A stretch of DNA of 64,000 nucleotides, from the NCBI GenBank assembly GCA_013265495.1, contig MU058198.1, positions 1,128,419 through 1,192,418 of the forward strand, read 5' to 3'. Shown piece after piece: positions 13,611-25,500 of the stretch (the stretch's first letter is position 1; each line of letters begins with the position of its first letter). Below the pieces are notes generated by a model that was not told the DNA's origin, did not search any database, and was given only the letters and a program-made list of their open reading frames with translations. The position numbers were made by a program, and so were the translations under genes. Source of the stretch: Vicugna vicugna. Taxonomy: Eukaryota.

Positions 13611-16572
13611 TTTCGTGGAGAACAGGGACCGCACAGCCTCGGGAAGGCAGGGGCTCTTGCTGATCGCCTACAGAGACCCCGCCCTCTAACGACCCCTCTC
13701 CTGTCCGGGACTTTCAACCCTTGGGGGCACATAGCGATCAGCACAGCAGAATAAGAGTCTGGAAAGATGATTTCTCAAAATCACAAAATTTGGAAAAGAG
13801 AAACTTGTTTTTTTCCTTTTCTTTTTCTTTCTGATTTCTTTCTTTTTGGGGGGTAGGGGGAGGTAGGAAGAGACAATTGATTGCAACAACAGCAATATTA
13901 GCTAACATTTCTTTAGTGCTGGCCATTTACCAGGCTTGGGCTAGTTACTAGGCATGAAGTGGTGAGTGCATCGGGCCCCGGCCGGCTTTGAGGTCTACAG
14001 GATGAGCCCTTGCTCGTCCTTCTGCTGGAAAGATTATAACAGGCCAAGAGACTAGAATGTACAAAAGCCCTGAGGGAGGCAAAGGCCATGGTGTGCTGAA
14101 GGAATGAAAGGAAATTGAGTCATTAGTCATTAGATACTGGAGGATAGAGAATCTCAGACTGTTAAAAACTGCGTGTCTGGTGTAATTTCAGTTACCTTGG
14201 AAAATGGCTTGGCAACAGCTACTATAGCTGAATACACACCAGAAATGGGTACCTGTGCTCACCAAGAGGCACAAACAGGATAGCAGCACAACGCACAGCA
14301 GCTGAAATCCAGAAACAACCCGTCAATAGAAGTGATGAATAATTTAGGTTGTAGTCTTCCGATAGAATAATGTCAGTAAGTAAGATGGTCCACCTATAAC
14401 TAAACACAACAGCATGGATCAAGTTCACGAAGATAACACAGACTGTAAGAAGCCAGGCTCGAAAGACAGGCCTCATATGACTCCTCTTATATACAGTTCG
14501 AAAACAGACAGAGCTACTCAGTGATGCTGGAAGCTGGGATAGGGACTGCCTTTGGGAGATACAGTAAGTGCAGGGGCAAGAAAGGGGCTTCTATTTCTTG
14601 AACAGGGTACTGCTCACACTGGTGCTCATTGTGTTAAAATGCATCAAGCGGGTTGTGTGAGATATGTGTGTTATATGTGCCTTATACGCCAGTGAAATAT
14701 AGTTAAAACGTTCTATGGCTACAAGTGACAGAACCTTTTCATAACCGTTGTGTTACACACATTGCAGCACAGCCATGACTATTTTGAGGAAATGGCCCCA
14801 TGGGCTACTTTTCCCCTTGGGGTGGGGGGATGCTGGACAAGGTAAACCGGTTCCCTTGAGTCCCTGAAGAACGAAGAAAGACCAGCACAAGAGCTGGCTC
14901 ATTGGGCTTCTCAGAAAGAGCCTGAAGGAATCAAAGGAGGCAACGTTTTCTTTTAGGTGAATTCCAAGTTCTGAACTACCTCCCCGCCTGGCATTTGAGG
15001 ACCAGAGAGGTGCTCTCCCAGGTTCTGAACTAACCGGTGGTTTCTGAGGCCATGCTGACCACTTGGAATTTGTCTTGAGACAGCCTCAGGCTGGATTAAA
15101 GAGGGCTGTGCTGGGCCAGAAGATGTGACAGCCACTGCTTGTCAAAGACGGGGTCATAGATCATTAAGTATAGCAGAGGAGGTATCATTATCTTAATAGA
15201 CAGGCAGCCCGAGGGAAGTGAAGTGGCATCCTTGAACTCACATCAGCAGAAGTCAGTCTGAAATATGAATTACTTGATTCCTGGTCCAGTGCACTCTGGG
15301 TGTCAGTTTCCTTGTGGACGCAACAGGGGGCAGGATTAGAGCATCTGTAAATCTCCTCTCTCTCCCAGTTCCAATGAGTCTTCTGAATTCCTGCTGAGCA
15401 TGAAGGGATTGCAAGGATGTCTCAGGAAAAGTGGTTTTTGTATCATTTAACTTTGCCACAGTTAACTAGAGGCTGTCAAGACACACACGCAAACACTCAT
15501 GCACTTGCATGCACACACACAAATACACAGGCACACACACGTGCAAGCATGCCTGCACACAGACACACAAATACGCATACGCACATCTTGCCACGATTCT
15601 GAGGCAGGGTTTTTAGTTGTCATTGCAGAGCATCCAGGGCTTTCAGGGAGGCAGTGTGGCATGGAAGAAAGAGCACATACTTTAAGTTCCAACCTTGGAA
15701 TCTAGCTCTTCCTCGCTGTGCAACCTTGAGCAAGTTACCAATGTTTCTGAGTCTCAGCTTCCTCCTCTGCAAAATGTGAAATTTGAAGTGCTGACCCACC
15801 TGTAGCACTAAATAAATGACAGGCATGTGCTATCTGTGTGATGAGGAGTCCATTAAACCTTCCTACGTCTCAATTTCTTCCTCTGTGAAGTGGGAATAAA
15901 AACACTCATCTCAAAGGATTATTGTGAGAGTTAAGTTAGATCATAAATGTAAAATGTGCAGCACACTGGTTTGTATATATTGTGTCCATAAAGTATTATT
16001 CCATGTCCGAGGGAGAGGGTGTTTGTCCCTTTCTACATGCTCTAAGGAGTCTTATTTCTAGCAAAAACAAAGATTCTGAAAAAGGATCTCCTTTTGGTCC
16101 TGTCTAAGAGGTAAGAGGGCAAACAGAGAGTGAGAAGCAGCTTAATACGTTACAATGGGGAAATCAGTCGTAGTGATGATGATGGTGATGCTAGTGCCCC
16201 TATCATCTGTGTGGTTGCAAAGCGACTTCACGTCCTTTATCTCCTTTATTTCTCTAGCAATCCTGCTACTCCCATTTTTACGTTTAGGGAGTGGGAGCAC
16301 TGGCGTAGGTGGTCTGGGACCCAGAGCCCAAGTGTTCTCAATGAATTTGGAACCAGGTTGAGGCACTGAAATAAGATATATACAGCCAGCCCCCTCTCCC
16401 TCCACAGTTCACCATACAAAGTATTCTATGAAACAGAGCTCACGCCTCTCTCAGACAAGGGGCTCCCAGAATCTGGTATTTTGGCTGGACTCCACAACAA
16501 ACGCTTTCTCTGCTAGTGTCTGTTTGAAAGTCCACCTCTGTGGCTTTCTAAGATTTGACTGCTGATGGGCCG

Positions 16573-17108
16573 TGAAGGGGGCAGAATCTGCCACCCAGAA
16601 ATATGCCTCTTGGGAATAAGGGTTATTTTGAGCTGGTTATTTTTAAGAAATAGCAGACACTGGAGACCCTCTGAGAACTGAGCGGAAGTTACCTTTTGTA
16701 AGAATTGTTTACATTTATAAGGGAAATCAAGAGAAGGATGACACCAAATCTCTAGAAATTTATCAATGGAGAAGGCAAAGACTTAAATCTGCATAACAGC
16801 CACTTAGATCTGCATCACAACCTTACATTTGTTTACTGTACTTTTCCAGGTTACCTCCCATAACTCCAAATCTCCTTTTGCCTTCAGCTGAAGATGATAT
16901 TTAAGGTGGCATCTTGGGCCATTTGGAGGAGTTATTCAGTTTTCCAGGGCCTTTCCCATATATATTGGAGGCAGACATGTTACTCAAGTTCTGTTTTTTT
17001 TCTTCTGTTAATCTGTCTTTTATTATGGGGTAGGGAGTGGTTGGGAGATGGGAGTCTCTGCTTCTACCTAGAAGGGTAGACAGAAAATTATTTTAAATTA
17101 TCCCTACA
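16573..17108 (+). mobile_element. ERV1-class solo LTR (MER34-like)
   Basis: TG...CA ends (tgaagggggcagaatctgccacc ... ccctaca), flanks gccg/gctg as a degenerate 4-bp TSD. Confidence 0.7.
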
Positions 17109-17508
17109 GCTGCTACATAAATTCAGTTCTGGACTTAGTTTCCCAAGATCTTACAGGCTTGGTTTTTGTGTTTCTGTGTGTGTGTGTGTATTTTCCCCCT
17201 GCTGTTAAGTTGTAATCACTCTTGAGCTCTCTCAATTTGCTCTCCTCCAAATAACCACTCTATCAGTTTCATTACAGTGCTCTTAGATGAGAAAAGAAGG
17301 AAAAAAACACTCAAATTTCCAATCAACCTCCCCCGAAGTCAGAGACGTTGGGAACTAAAGGGAAAGAAAAAAGATAAAGTTTTCTGTAAGAGCGGCATAG
17401 GATCGGCCAAGAGTGGGATGGGAGTGGCGTGTGGGTTAGAGCCCAGAATTCCTGTTTCACATTCTGAGTTGATTCTTTCACCATAATTATCTAAGTAAGA
17501 AAGTCTTT

Positions 17509-17631
17509 TTGGCATGGGGGGGTAATTAGGGTTTTATTTTTATTTCTTTTTTAGAGGAGGTACTGGGGATTGAGCCCACGACCTCATGTATGCTAAGCAC
17601 ATGCTCTACCACTGAGCTATACCCTCCTCCC
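17509..17631 (-). mobile_element. tRNA-derived SINE (Vic-1-like)
   Basis: A/B-box head (tatagctcagtggtagagcatgtgcttagc), A-rich tail, target-site duplication agaaagtcttt at 17498-17508 and 17632-17642. Confidence 0.85.
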
Positions 17632-17746
17632 AGAAAGTCTTTATTTTTTATAGTAAGCTGCTTCTTCCCCCCTCCCCCATCCCCCAACCCCGGAAGATGA
17701 CAGCATGATTAGGAGGTAAAAGAATAAAGAAGAAAGAAAAAAAAAG

Positions 17747-17900
17747 TTTCTGCTGTATAGCACAGGGAACTATGTTCAATGTCTTGTAAAAGCCTTTGAT
17801 GGAAAAAAAAACATGAAAATGAATATATGTATGGATACAGGTGACTGGGACTTTATGCTGTACATCAGAAATTGACACATGGTAACCGACAGCACTTCAA

Positions 17901-17937
<37 letters not shown>

Positions 17938-17940
17938 ATA
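17747..17940 (+). mobile_element. LINE-1 3' end with (TAAA)n tail
   Basis: ctgctgtatagcacagggaactatgttcaa... matches the L1 3' UTR seen at 47820-47990 and 60430-60610. Confidence 0.85.
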
Positions 17941-19394
17941 GACAGATGCAGCCCATGTCTTCATTTATTCAGCCAGTAATGTGTGAATATGGCAAAGCCC
18001 CTGTCCTCAGGGAACCCACAGTCTGGGGTGGGGGATGTGGGACAAGGATAAATCAGATCATTTCAGACGCAGATGAGGCATGTGCGAATGAGGTTCTGTA
18101 GAGAAGGGGTCCCAAAGCGGAGTGTGATCAGCTCTAGACTGGGGAGGAGGGCCAGGAAGGCTTCCCAGGAGAAATGACCCGAAAGCCGGTTAGGGGCACA
18201 TCCCCGGAGAAGGAAGGGGCCCTCCCTCCAGGCAGCCAGACTAGCACGCGCAGAGGCAGCACAGGTGGAATGGAACAGGTCAGGGAGCCATGGGACATTC
18301 AGAGCAGCCAGAACACGGGGTATGAAGAGATACCCCGTCAGATCTCCAGCGTGTAAGATCTAAGGCTGAAGAGACAGGCAGGGCTCAGACAGTGGAGGAC
18401 TTTGTCAGCCAGAAGGCCGACCTCATCCTGTAGAAGGCAAGGAGCTGTGGACAGGGTTTAAAGAGAGAAGCGAGTTTGCCTTAAATGCTGGCTGGCTACA
18501 GAGTAGAGAACGGACTGGGAGGGGTGAGACTGGAGGAAGAGCAGTTGGGAAGCGGCCCAGGTAAGTAGCGCAGAGAAGACTGGGGTCAATGACGTTGAAG
18601 AAAAGCGGATGGATACAGTAGTTTCAGAAGGGAGACCCTACTGTGATGAGAAAGGAAAGGAGAGGGTGGTTTCTAGCCCTTTACAGAAGAAAGAAGTTGG
18701 AGAAGAAGCAGGGGGTGGGGAGAGATTATGAAATGAGTTGGGTTAGGTAGAATTTATCCTTTGAGGTCCTCATTCCAAATTCCCTTCAGGTGATCAGTTT
18801 TCACGGGACCGCCTTTCTCACGCCCCCTTGTGCCCAGCTGGTTACAGCACCCCTCTAGGTCCCCTTGTAGGATGAAGAAGGGACAAGCTACTTCTCTTTT
18901 TGGGACCTCAACTTCCATCTGGAAAATGAAGGGACTAACCTCCCTGGGATGGAATCCTCCCTTCTTCTCCCAGGCTGAGTTGAGCTCTCCTTTCTCCCCA
19001 TCTTGCAGTCCTGTCTGTGTCAGCCTCACACTGCTTGGCTTTGCATGACCTGCTCTCCCAAGTCAACTCTAAGATTCTAGGGGGCAGGGCTGCCCTGTTC
19101 ATCTCTGCATCCTCCACCCACTGCTACTAGGGGCCCCCCACCCCTCAACCCCCGAAACAAAGAGGACAGTTTTCCTGAACGTAGATCAGTTTCCTTCTCA
19201 CTGTCTCTGTCATCCTTCTATTCCAGAACTTCCAGGTGCTGAGTCTAGAATCCATTTTCTCTGTGACTTCTGGGTTGGACTTCTTGTCTCAGAGCCCAGC
19301 TGAGCGGGACTGGGGATGGAGGAGAGGAAAACTAACAGGAGAGGAGACATGGTCAGAGTCCTGGCTCCTGGGGAGTTGTATCCAAGTCCTGTGT

Positions 19395-19750
19395 CTCGTA
19401 GGTATGTATGCATGTGTTCACGTATCTATGAGTGTGTGTGTGTGTATGTGTGTAGCACAGGACATGAGTGGTCCTGGGTTTTTTTTCTTTCTGTATTAAG
19501 GGGTATGTGTCTGCATCTACATGACCACACGTAAATCAGTGTGCATGTTAGCATCTGTGTGTCCATGAATATCAATGCCTGTGCATGTGTGAGGGCCTCT
19601 GTGTAGGCAAATGTGTATGTCTGTCCACATACGAGCGTCAGTGTGTATGTATATGTTCCCATGTCTGTATGCAGGGGGGTGCATGTATATAAGGTGGTAC
19701 ATGTGCGAACATATGAGTGCCTCTGTGTGTGTGTGTGTGCTTTGTGTATA
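19395..19750. repeat. Degenerate TG-rich low-complexity tract (similar tracts at 15480-15585 and 43430-43660)
   Basis: Directly visible. Confidence 0.8.
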
Positions 19751-22478
19751 ATGAGGCTATATACAGTGTCTAGTTATGACACATGCTCCAAATTCAAGCC
19801 CTGAAAACAGCATTTAAAAGCGGTAAACCCTTGGATGAATAATTCTTTAAGCCTTGGTTTACCCATCTCTAAACTGGGAATAAAAAAAAGTACATACACC
19901 TTGAGTATCTAATGTGAACACAGAATGATACAGTGTCCACCATGCACCTAGCATGATGCCTGATGCAGAGGACATGTTAAAATGTTGGCTGTTACCAAGT
20001 TATTCATGGCAATAAATATGTAAGTGACTGGGCTGGAGGACCCAGGGGAGGATCTGTGTGTGTGACATGTATCTTTGGGCAGGTGAAGTTGAAATGTGTA
20101 TCTGTTGGCATGTGTATGTTGGCAGGGGTGTGGGCCCTGCGTCTGAGGGTCAGTGGGGGTGAGTGTGTGAGTGTATGTTTGTGCTCCACCAGATTGTGCA
20201 GGGACTGTGTTTCATTCATTATTTTACCCAGGATCTTGGACCTGGAACATGACAGTTGCTCAGCAGATCAGTGTTGATCGAATGAACAAAGTAGACTGAA
20301 TATTCAGAGACTGTTATTTGCGTAACATGCCCATTTATAGAAAACAAAAATCTGCGACTAGCTAGATGATAGACGTATAGGTAGGCAGGCAGATGGAGAG
20401 GGAGAGAGAAAACGGGAGACAGATGAATAGATGGATAGAAGGATAGACAGCGGGCACAGACAGACAGACAGATGGGGTTGGGTCTAGTTAAGTAGAATCC
20501 CACGCACTTTACACTGGAAGAGATATTAGAGGTCAGGTGTCCCAGGGAATCCCAAAACTTTGCCCTTGGCAACCCTGTGGGTTGTCATGGAGTTTCTTTG
20601 AGGGCCTGAGGAGGGAAGCACGGAATGAAAGAGATAAGCCCCCCGCTTGACATTGACAAGGGTCTGTTTGCTCTTAATCTCTCTATATATTGGATGTTTG
20701 CGTAGACTTGTATTTAGAGAAAGGGGTCCACTCTGCATGTTGTGAATCTTGCTCTAGCCCAGCCCCTCTATTCTACAGAAGGGAGAAGACGAGCCTCAGA
20801 GAGCAGAAAAGGTGAGGACCTGCCTCCTGACCTCCTTTCAGATCCATGCCCCGCACATCACCTCCCTTGGAAGACAGTGGTTATGAGTCCTCTAACTTAC
20901 TAGGAAACAAGACACAATTCCTCCCTGGAAACTCTCTTTAAAGTAGCCATTATCATAGCAGCTTTTTGGGATGTCCATCCAAGGAACATCCTCATTCATC
21001 CGAGACCTGTCCCGTCAGGTTGGCCCCGTTGCCTATGTCGGTGCCAGGGGAGCCCATTCACCGGGCCTCAATGATTGGACCAGGGGAAGCACTCAGATCC
21101 AAGCAGGGAATTGCATGATCCCTGTGCAATTTGGATGTGGGATACTGAGATATCAGACAGTCTCGGTGGTCCCTGAATTAAGAAGTGATGTGATGCTGCA
21201 GTGTCCATAGTTAATCAAGGATGATGAATGAACAGGAGAAGCTAGGTTCACAGAGAGAGGGGGCAATGAAGGGGACACACAAAGATAGGCAGATGTCAGT
21301 GCGGTGTGGCTTCAGGAAGAGTGAAAGATGGAAGGACAGACAAACTTGATTTCTCGTGGTTTTCCTTGTGCAGCCGGGTCCTTGGTTTTTGTGCTCCTGT
21401 AACCTTATAACTAATTCCCTTTTGGCCTGAGTCCGCTGGAGTGGGTTTCTGTTTCTTGCAACCACACCATCTCTGAACAACACCGCACTTTGGAAAGCCT
21501 CCTCCTGGCAGATAAACAGGCTCTGCCTCAGGTGGTCTGGCCCAGATCCCGTCATCTTCCCTGAGGCCAGCGTGGAGGGGTCTTATGCATAGCTGTGGGG
21601 AGGGGACACACTCCATATCTGTGGCATCTTTGTGGAGTGCTTTGTGAGGATTCATTAAAGGTTTCCAGAAGGGGACTTGACCCATCTCCCAGGCTCTGCT
21701 GCTATATCCTCGGGGCAGAGTCGATGCCTTGTTTTATGCTGGGCCTGCCTGCTTAAGCCTTCAGAGCTAGCGCGTCACTGTTTACAGCTAGAGATGTGCT
21801 CTGGGGTGACAGCATCTCTGAACCGAATCGAGCAGTTCTTCCAGCATCCAGGTCCCAGGGGTGGGGATTTATGTATCTCTGGGCATGTCAGAGCGTGTCT
21901 GTGGTGTGGCAGGGGTCAGGGGAGCTATGGGTCTCCAAAAGTGGCCCCTTTATCCCGTGTCCCCATGGCAATTGTTGAGACCATGATGGAAATACATCAG
22001 AGGAAGCGGGATGAAAGCAAACGTCAGCCTGTTCAATTCAGCAGCAGCCAGAGCAGGGGGTGCTTGGGAAGGCCGTGGGAGGTACCTCTTTTCCAAGCTC
22101 CTCCCCTCCCCCTCCCCCTCCCCCCGCTGACTTGGCCCCTCTTCCCTGACGTTATAAACAGGTGCTATGCTTCTGGTAAAGGCTGGAGCCACAGAGGCAC
22201 CAAACAAATTTGCTTTCGAGATCCTGCTAATGAATGAGCCAGGCCAGGCCAGGCGCCAGGGGGCCCCCACCATGAGAAAAGGAGGAATGCAAAGGCACTG
22301 AGAATGCTAACAAGGGCAAGCTCTTCTTTTTCCCCCCAGACCTAGCCTGGCCTGGAGTCTGTTAACACCAAGACCATCTACGTTGATTGGAGAGAGATCC
22401 AGCAGAGTTGAAAAGTGACTGGAAGCCATCGTTAGAGGGAAGAACATGAGCTTCAGGGCCGGGTGCCCAGCTGAGCTC

Positions 22479-22537
22479 TCAGAAGAGCCCAGCCAGGAGC
22501 AGAGGGAGGAGAAGCATGGGCCAGGCCACCAGGAACC
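22479..22537 (-). CDS. GP2: GP2 last coding exon [19 protein letters not shown] (GPI signal)
   Basis: ctctcccgttccag| acceptor, TGA at 22481-22479. Confidence 0.93.
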
Positions 22538-25500
22538 CTGGAACGGGAGAGAGATGGCTGTCAGGTGCTGGGCTTCGGAACTCAGCAGCCAAAGTGAGGC
22601 GGCCTCCTTATCCTCTGCCTTCCGAGGATGACAAAGGCCGAATAGCCTTACTATCTATTCTGGGTTGCAGCCCCTGGGAGGCGGCAAAGGGGTCACGTCA
22701 TAGAGACAAGGATGTCTAACCACCAAACACCTCTTCATTTTCCTCTGGACACACTCACAGGTACTCTCCCCCGCCTCCTTTGCAGGTAGGTGGGACCATA
22801 TGGCTGAATCAGGCCAGAGGAATGTGGGTAGATACCACGTATGCCACTTCTAGGTCTGGTCCTTAAACCCTCCTATGTAATTCCCCCTGCCCCCTCATTC
22901 ATCATCTAGGCACCAGATGCCAAGCACCCAGAAGAGAACTTGCAGGGGATAGTGGAGTTGCCAGAAGTTACCAGAAGGTAGGAACCCGAGTCCTAATGAC
23001 CATATCCTCCAGTGATTTCATGTGAAACAAACTGTTGCATAAAAAGCACAGAAACTTGGGGACTGTTTGTTACAGCAGCTAGCATTACTCACTCTGACTA
23101 ATACTAACGAGGCAGAAAGACACAGAGGTTAAAAAGTACTACCTCAGAGGCCTGACTACTTATCTTAGAATCCCAGCTCTGCAACTAGTTGTGCAGGCCC
23201 AGGCAAGTTACTGAACCTCTCTGTGCCTGAGTTTCCCTGCATGCAAAATAGAAACATTACTAGCAGCTATTACCTCATGAGATTTTTGTAAGGCTTAAGC
23301 GAGTGAATTCATAGCAAGCATTTAGAACAGTGTCTGGCACACAGTAAACACCATATAAGTATTGGTTTTGAAAACTGGACTCTAAGATCTGGGAGGCTGG
23401 AATCATATTTCTTCTGAATATCACTGCATTCTCAGGATTAATGAAGGACAGGTGTCCTGGATCATAGCTGCCTTGTACTGGAGGATCTGGGAGAGGCATG
23501 TGACCCAATGCCCCCACACAAAGGGATTGTAACATCTCCCCATCCCCTAAATTTCAAAATAAACTGCTGATATCTCTAGGAGGGAGAGGAAGAAGAATAC
23601 TATAATTTTCAGAAGCATATGAGTGTGTGACAGCCAGTTTATAATTATGGAACATAGGCTGATATTCAGTTAATTCTAAAACATCAGAAACGGTGTGTGA
23701 GTCAGCAAAGAACGAAAACCACAGGCGCCCTCTTGTGGTAGTCTGCTACCACATCAGATGAATTTCCTCCTTTTCCAGAAGGCTCCAGAATCCACCACCC
23801 ACCAAGAAATTAGTCAATTTGGCAAACATTACTGCGTAGCCAGGCTGCTCCAGGCCCTGTGCTAACCTGAAGGACCGGAATAAATGAACGAGACTTGAGG
23901 CCCCGGCTCTGAAGTTTCCTCTAGCCTGAGCTCTAAACCCCGTCTCCGATGAACACTGCTTTTCTGATCATTGTCTGAATATCAGCATCGAGCTTGGCTA
24001 GGACATCTTAAGCTTATTTGGAAACTTTTAGACGGTCATCTAGTTGGAGATTTGAGGATGGGTAGAACTTTTTCCTGTCCAGGTTCACCAAAATACGTCA
24101 TTTTGGCGGGTAGTAAAATCTTAATAACATTAATTTCCCTTTGATCCAAAATACCTCTCTTAGATTTGTCTCTTTGTTGAACTCCAATTCATCCATCAAA
24201 ACCCCATTCAGATGTTACCACCTGCTGAGAGTCTCCCCTGACTTATCTGATACAGTCAGTTACTCTTCTGTGTCTCCCATCTACACTGTCTACTTGCTTG
24301 TGACTTATTTGCTTACACGCTTATCTCATTTTTGCAATCATTGTTCATTCTGCCTACAGGCTTATTTCTTGAATATATGCACACCTGGCTCCCTTTTCTC
24401 CTTTAGTCTAAATAGCACCTCTTTTGAAAATTTTTCTGATCACTTATCCATTCCAATATTCATTCTTCCTTCCTATCTTGTTCGTAGAACCATTAAGCGT
24501 TGGTTGGACACATGACAACCTAGGATACAGACTACATTTCCCAACTTCCTTTGTAGCCAGGTATAGCCATGTGACTAAGCACTGGCCAATGAGGTATAAA
24601 CGAAGCTATAAGGTGTCAGCTTCTGGGAATGTTCCCTAACAGTCATCGACTTCTTCCATGTTCCCTCCATCCTGAAGCCTAGATATGAAGGTTGGTGCTC
24701 TGGCTGCCATGTTGGGCCCTAAAGATGATGGCCACACCTTAAAGATGATAGAGGGGTGGGCTGGAAGGAGCTTGGATTCTCTTTTTTTTTTTTTTTTTTG
24801 GAGAACCCAATCCCAACTAAAATGTGTGACATCAGTGATTCCTGCCACAAGGTGGCAAAGTAATTGCTAAAAATGTCACCAATGAGTGACATAAGAGAAA
24901 GTTCCGGTTGAGGGAGGAATTGGCCAGTGCAATGATTCAGGCCTTGTAAATACAGGGGAAATGGAATTGGTTAATTATTACTGCTTTTAGTAAGGCCCTA
25001 CTGCAGAAGGATTTGAAACCGAGGCGTTTTCATTGTTAGGGCCACGTGAGTGCGCCAGGGGTCTGTCTGGGAGCTGGCTTACGAGAGGCCCTTATTTCCT
25101 GCAGTTGGAGGATGGATACAGTGGAGGAGCAAATTTGGGCTCTGATATAGTTGCTGAGCTTAAAAGATGGCTGAATGCTCTGTCAAGGCAGCTCTGCTAC
25201 GATGTCAGAGACCAGTTGGAAAAACCTGGGGAAACATGGGATGGGAGCATCTGGATCATGATTCTTCAGCCAGCCCTCAACCTTCCTCTCTTTATAGGAG
25301 CTAGCCTTGCCCTATCCATGACAACAGCCTGGATTCCTGACGATCTTAGAGCGCTGCCCTGCTGGCTCCGGGTTGCTTGCTTTTGGACTCCATTTATGTG
25401 CGTGAGAAATAAACCCTTGTATTATTTAAGGCGTTATTACCCGTGCTGGTAACTTTCTATCACATTACTCTCTTCTATTTCTAAGTTATCCTGTTAACTT

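Noticed and set aside
68..21500. Many 60-150 aa ORFs in the intergenic region
   Set aside because: They overlap MIR/L2/MLT/low-complexity sequence, form no coherent splice chain, and show no recognisable homology.
21677..22237. 186-aa plus-strand ORF downstream of GP2
   Set aside because: Non-ATG start, no recognisable domain or exon structure; lies antisense to the GP2 3' region.
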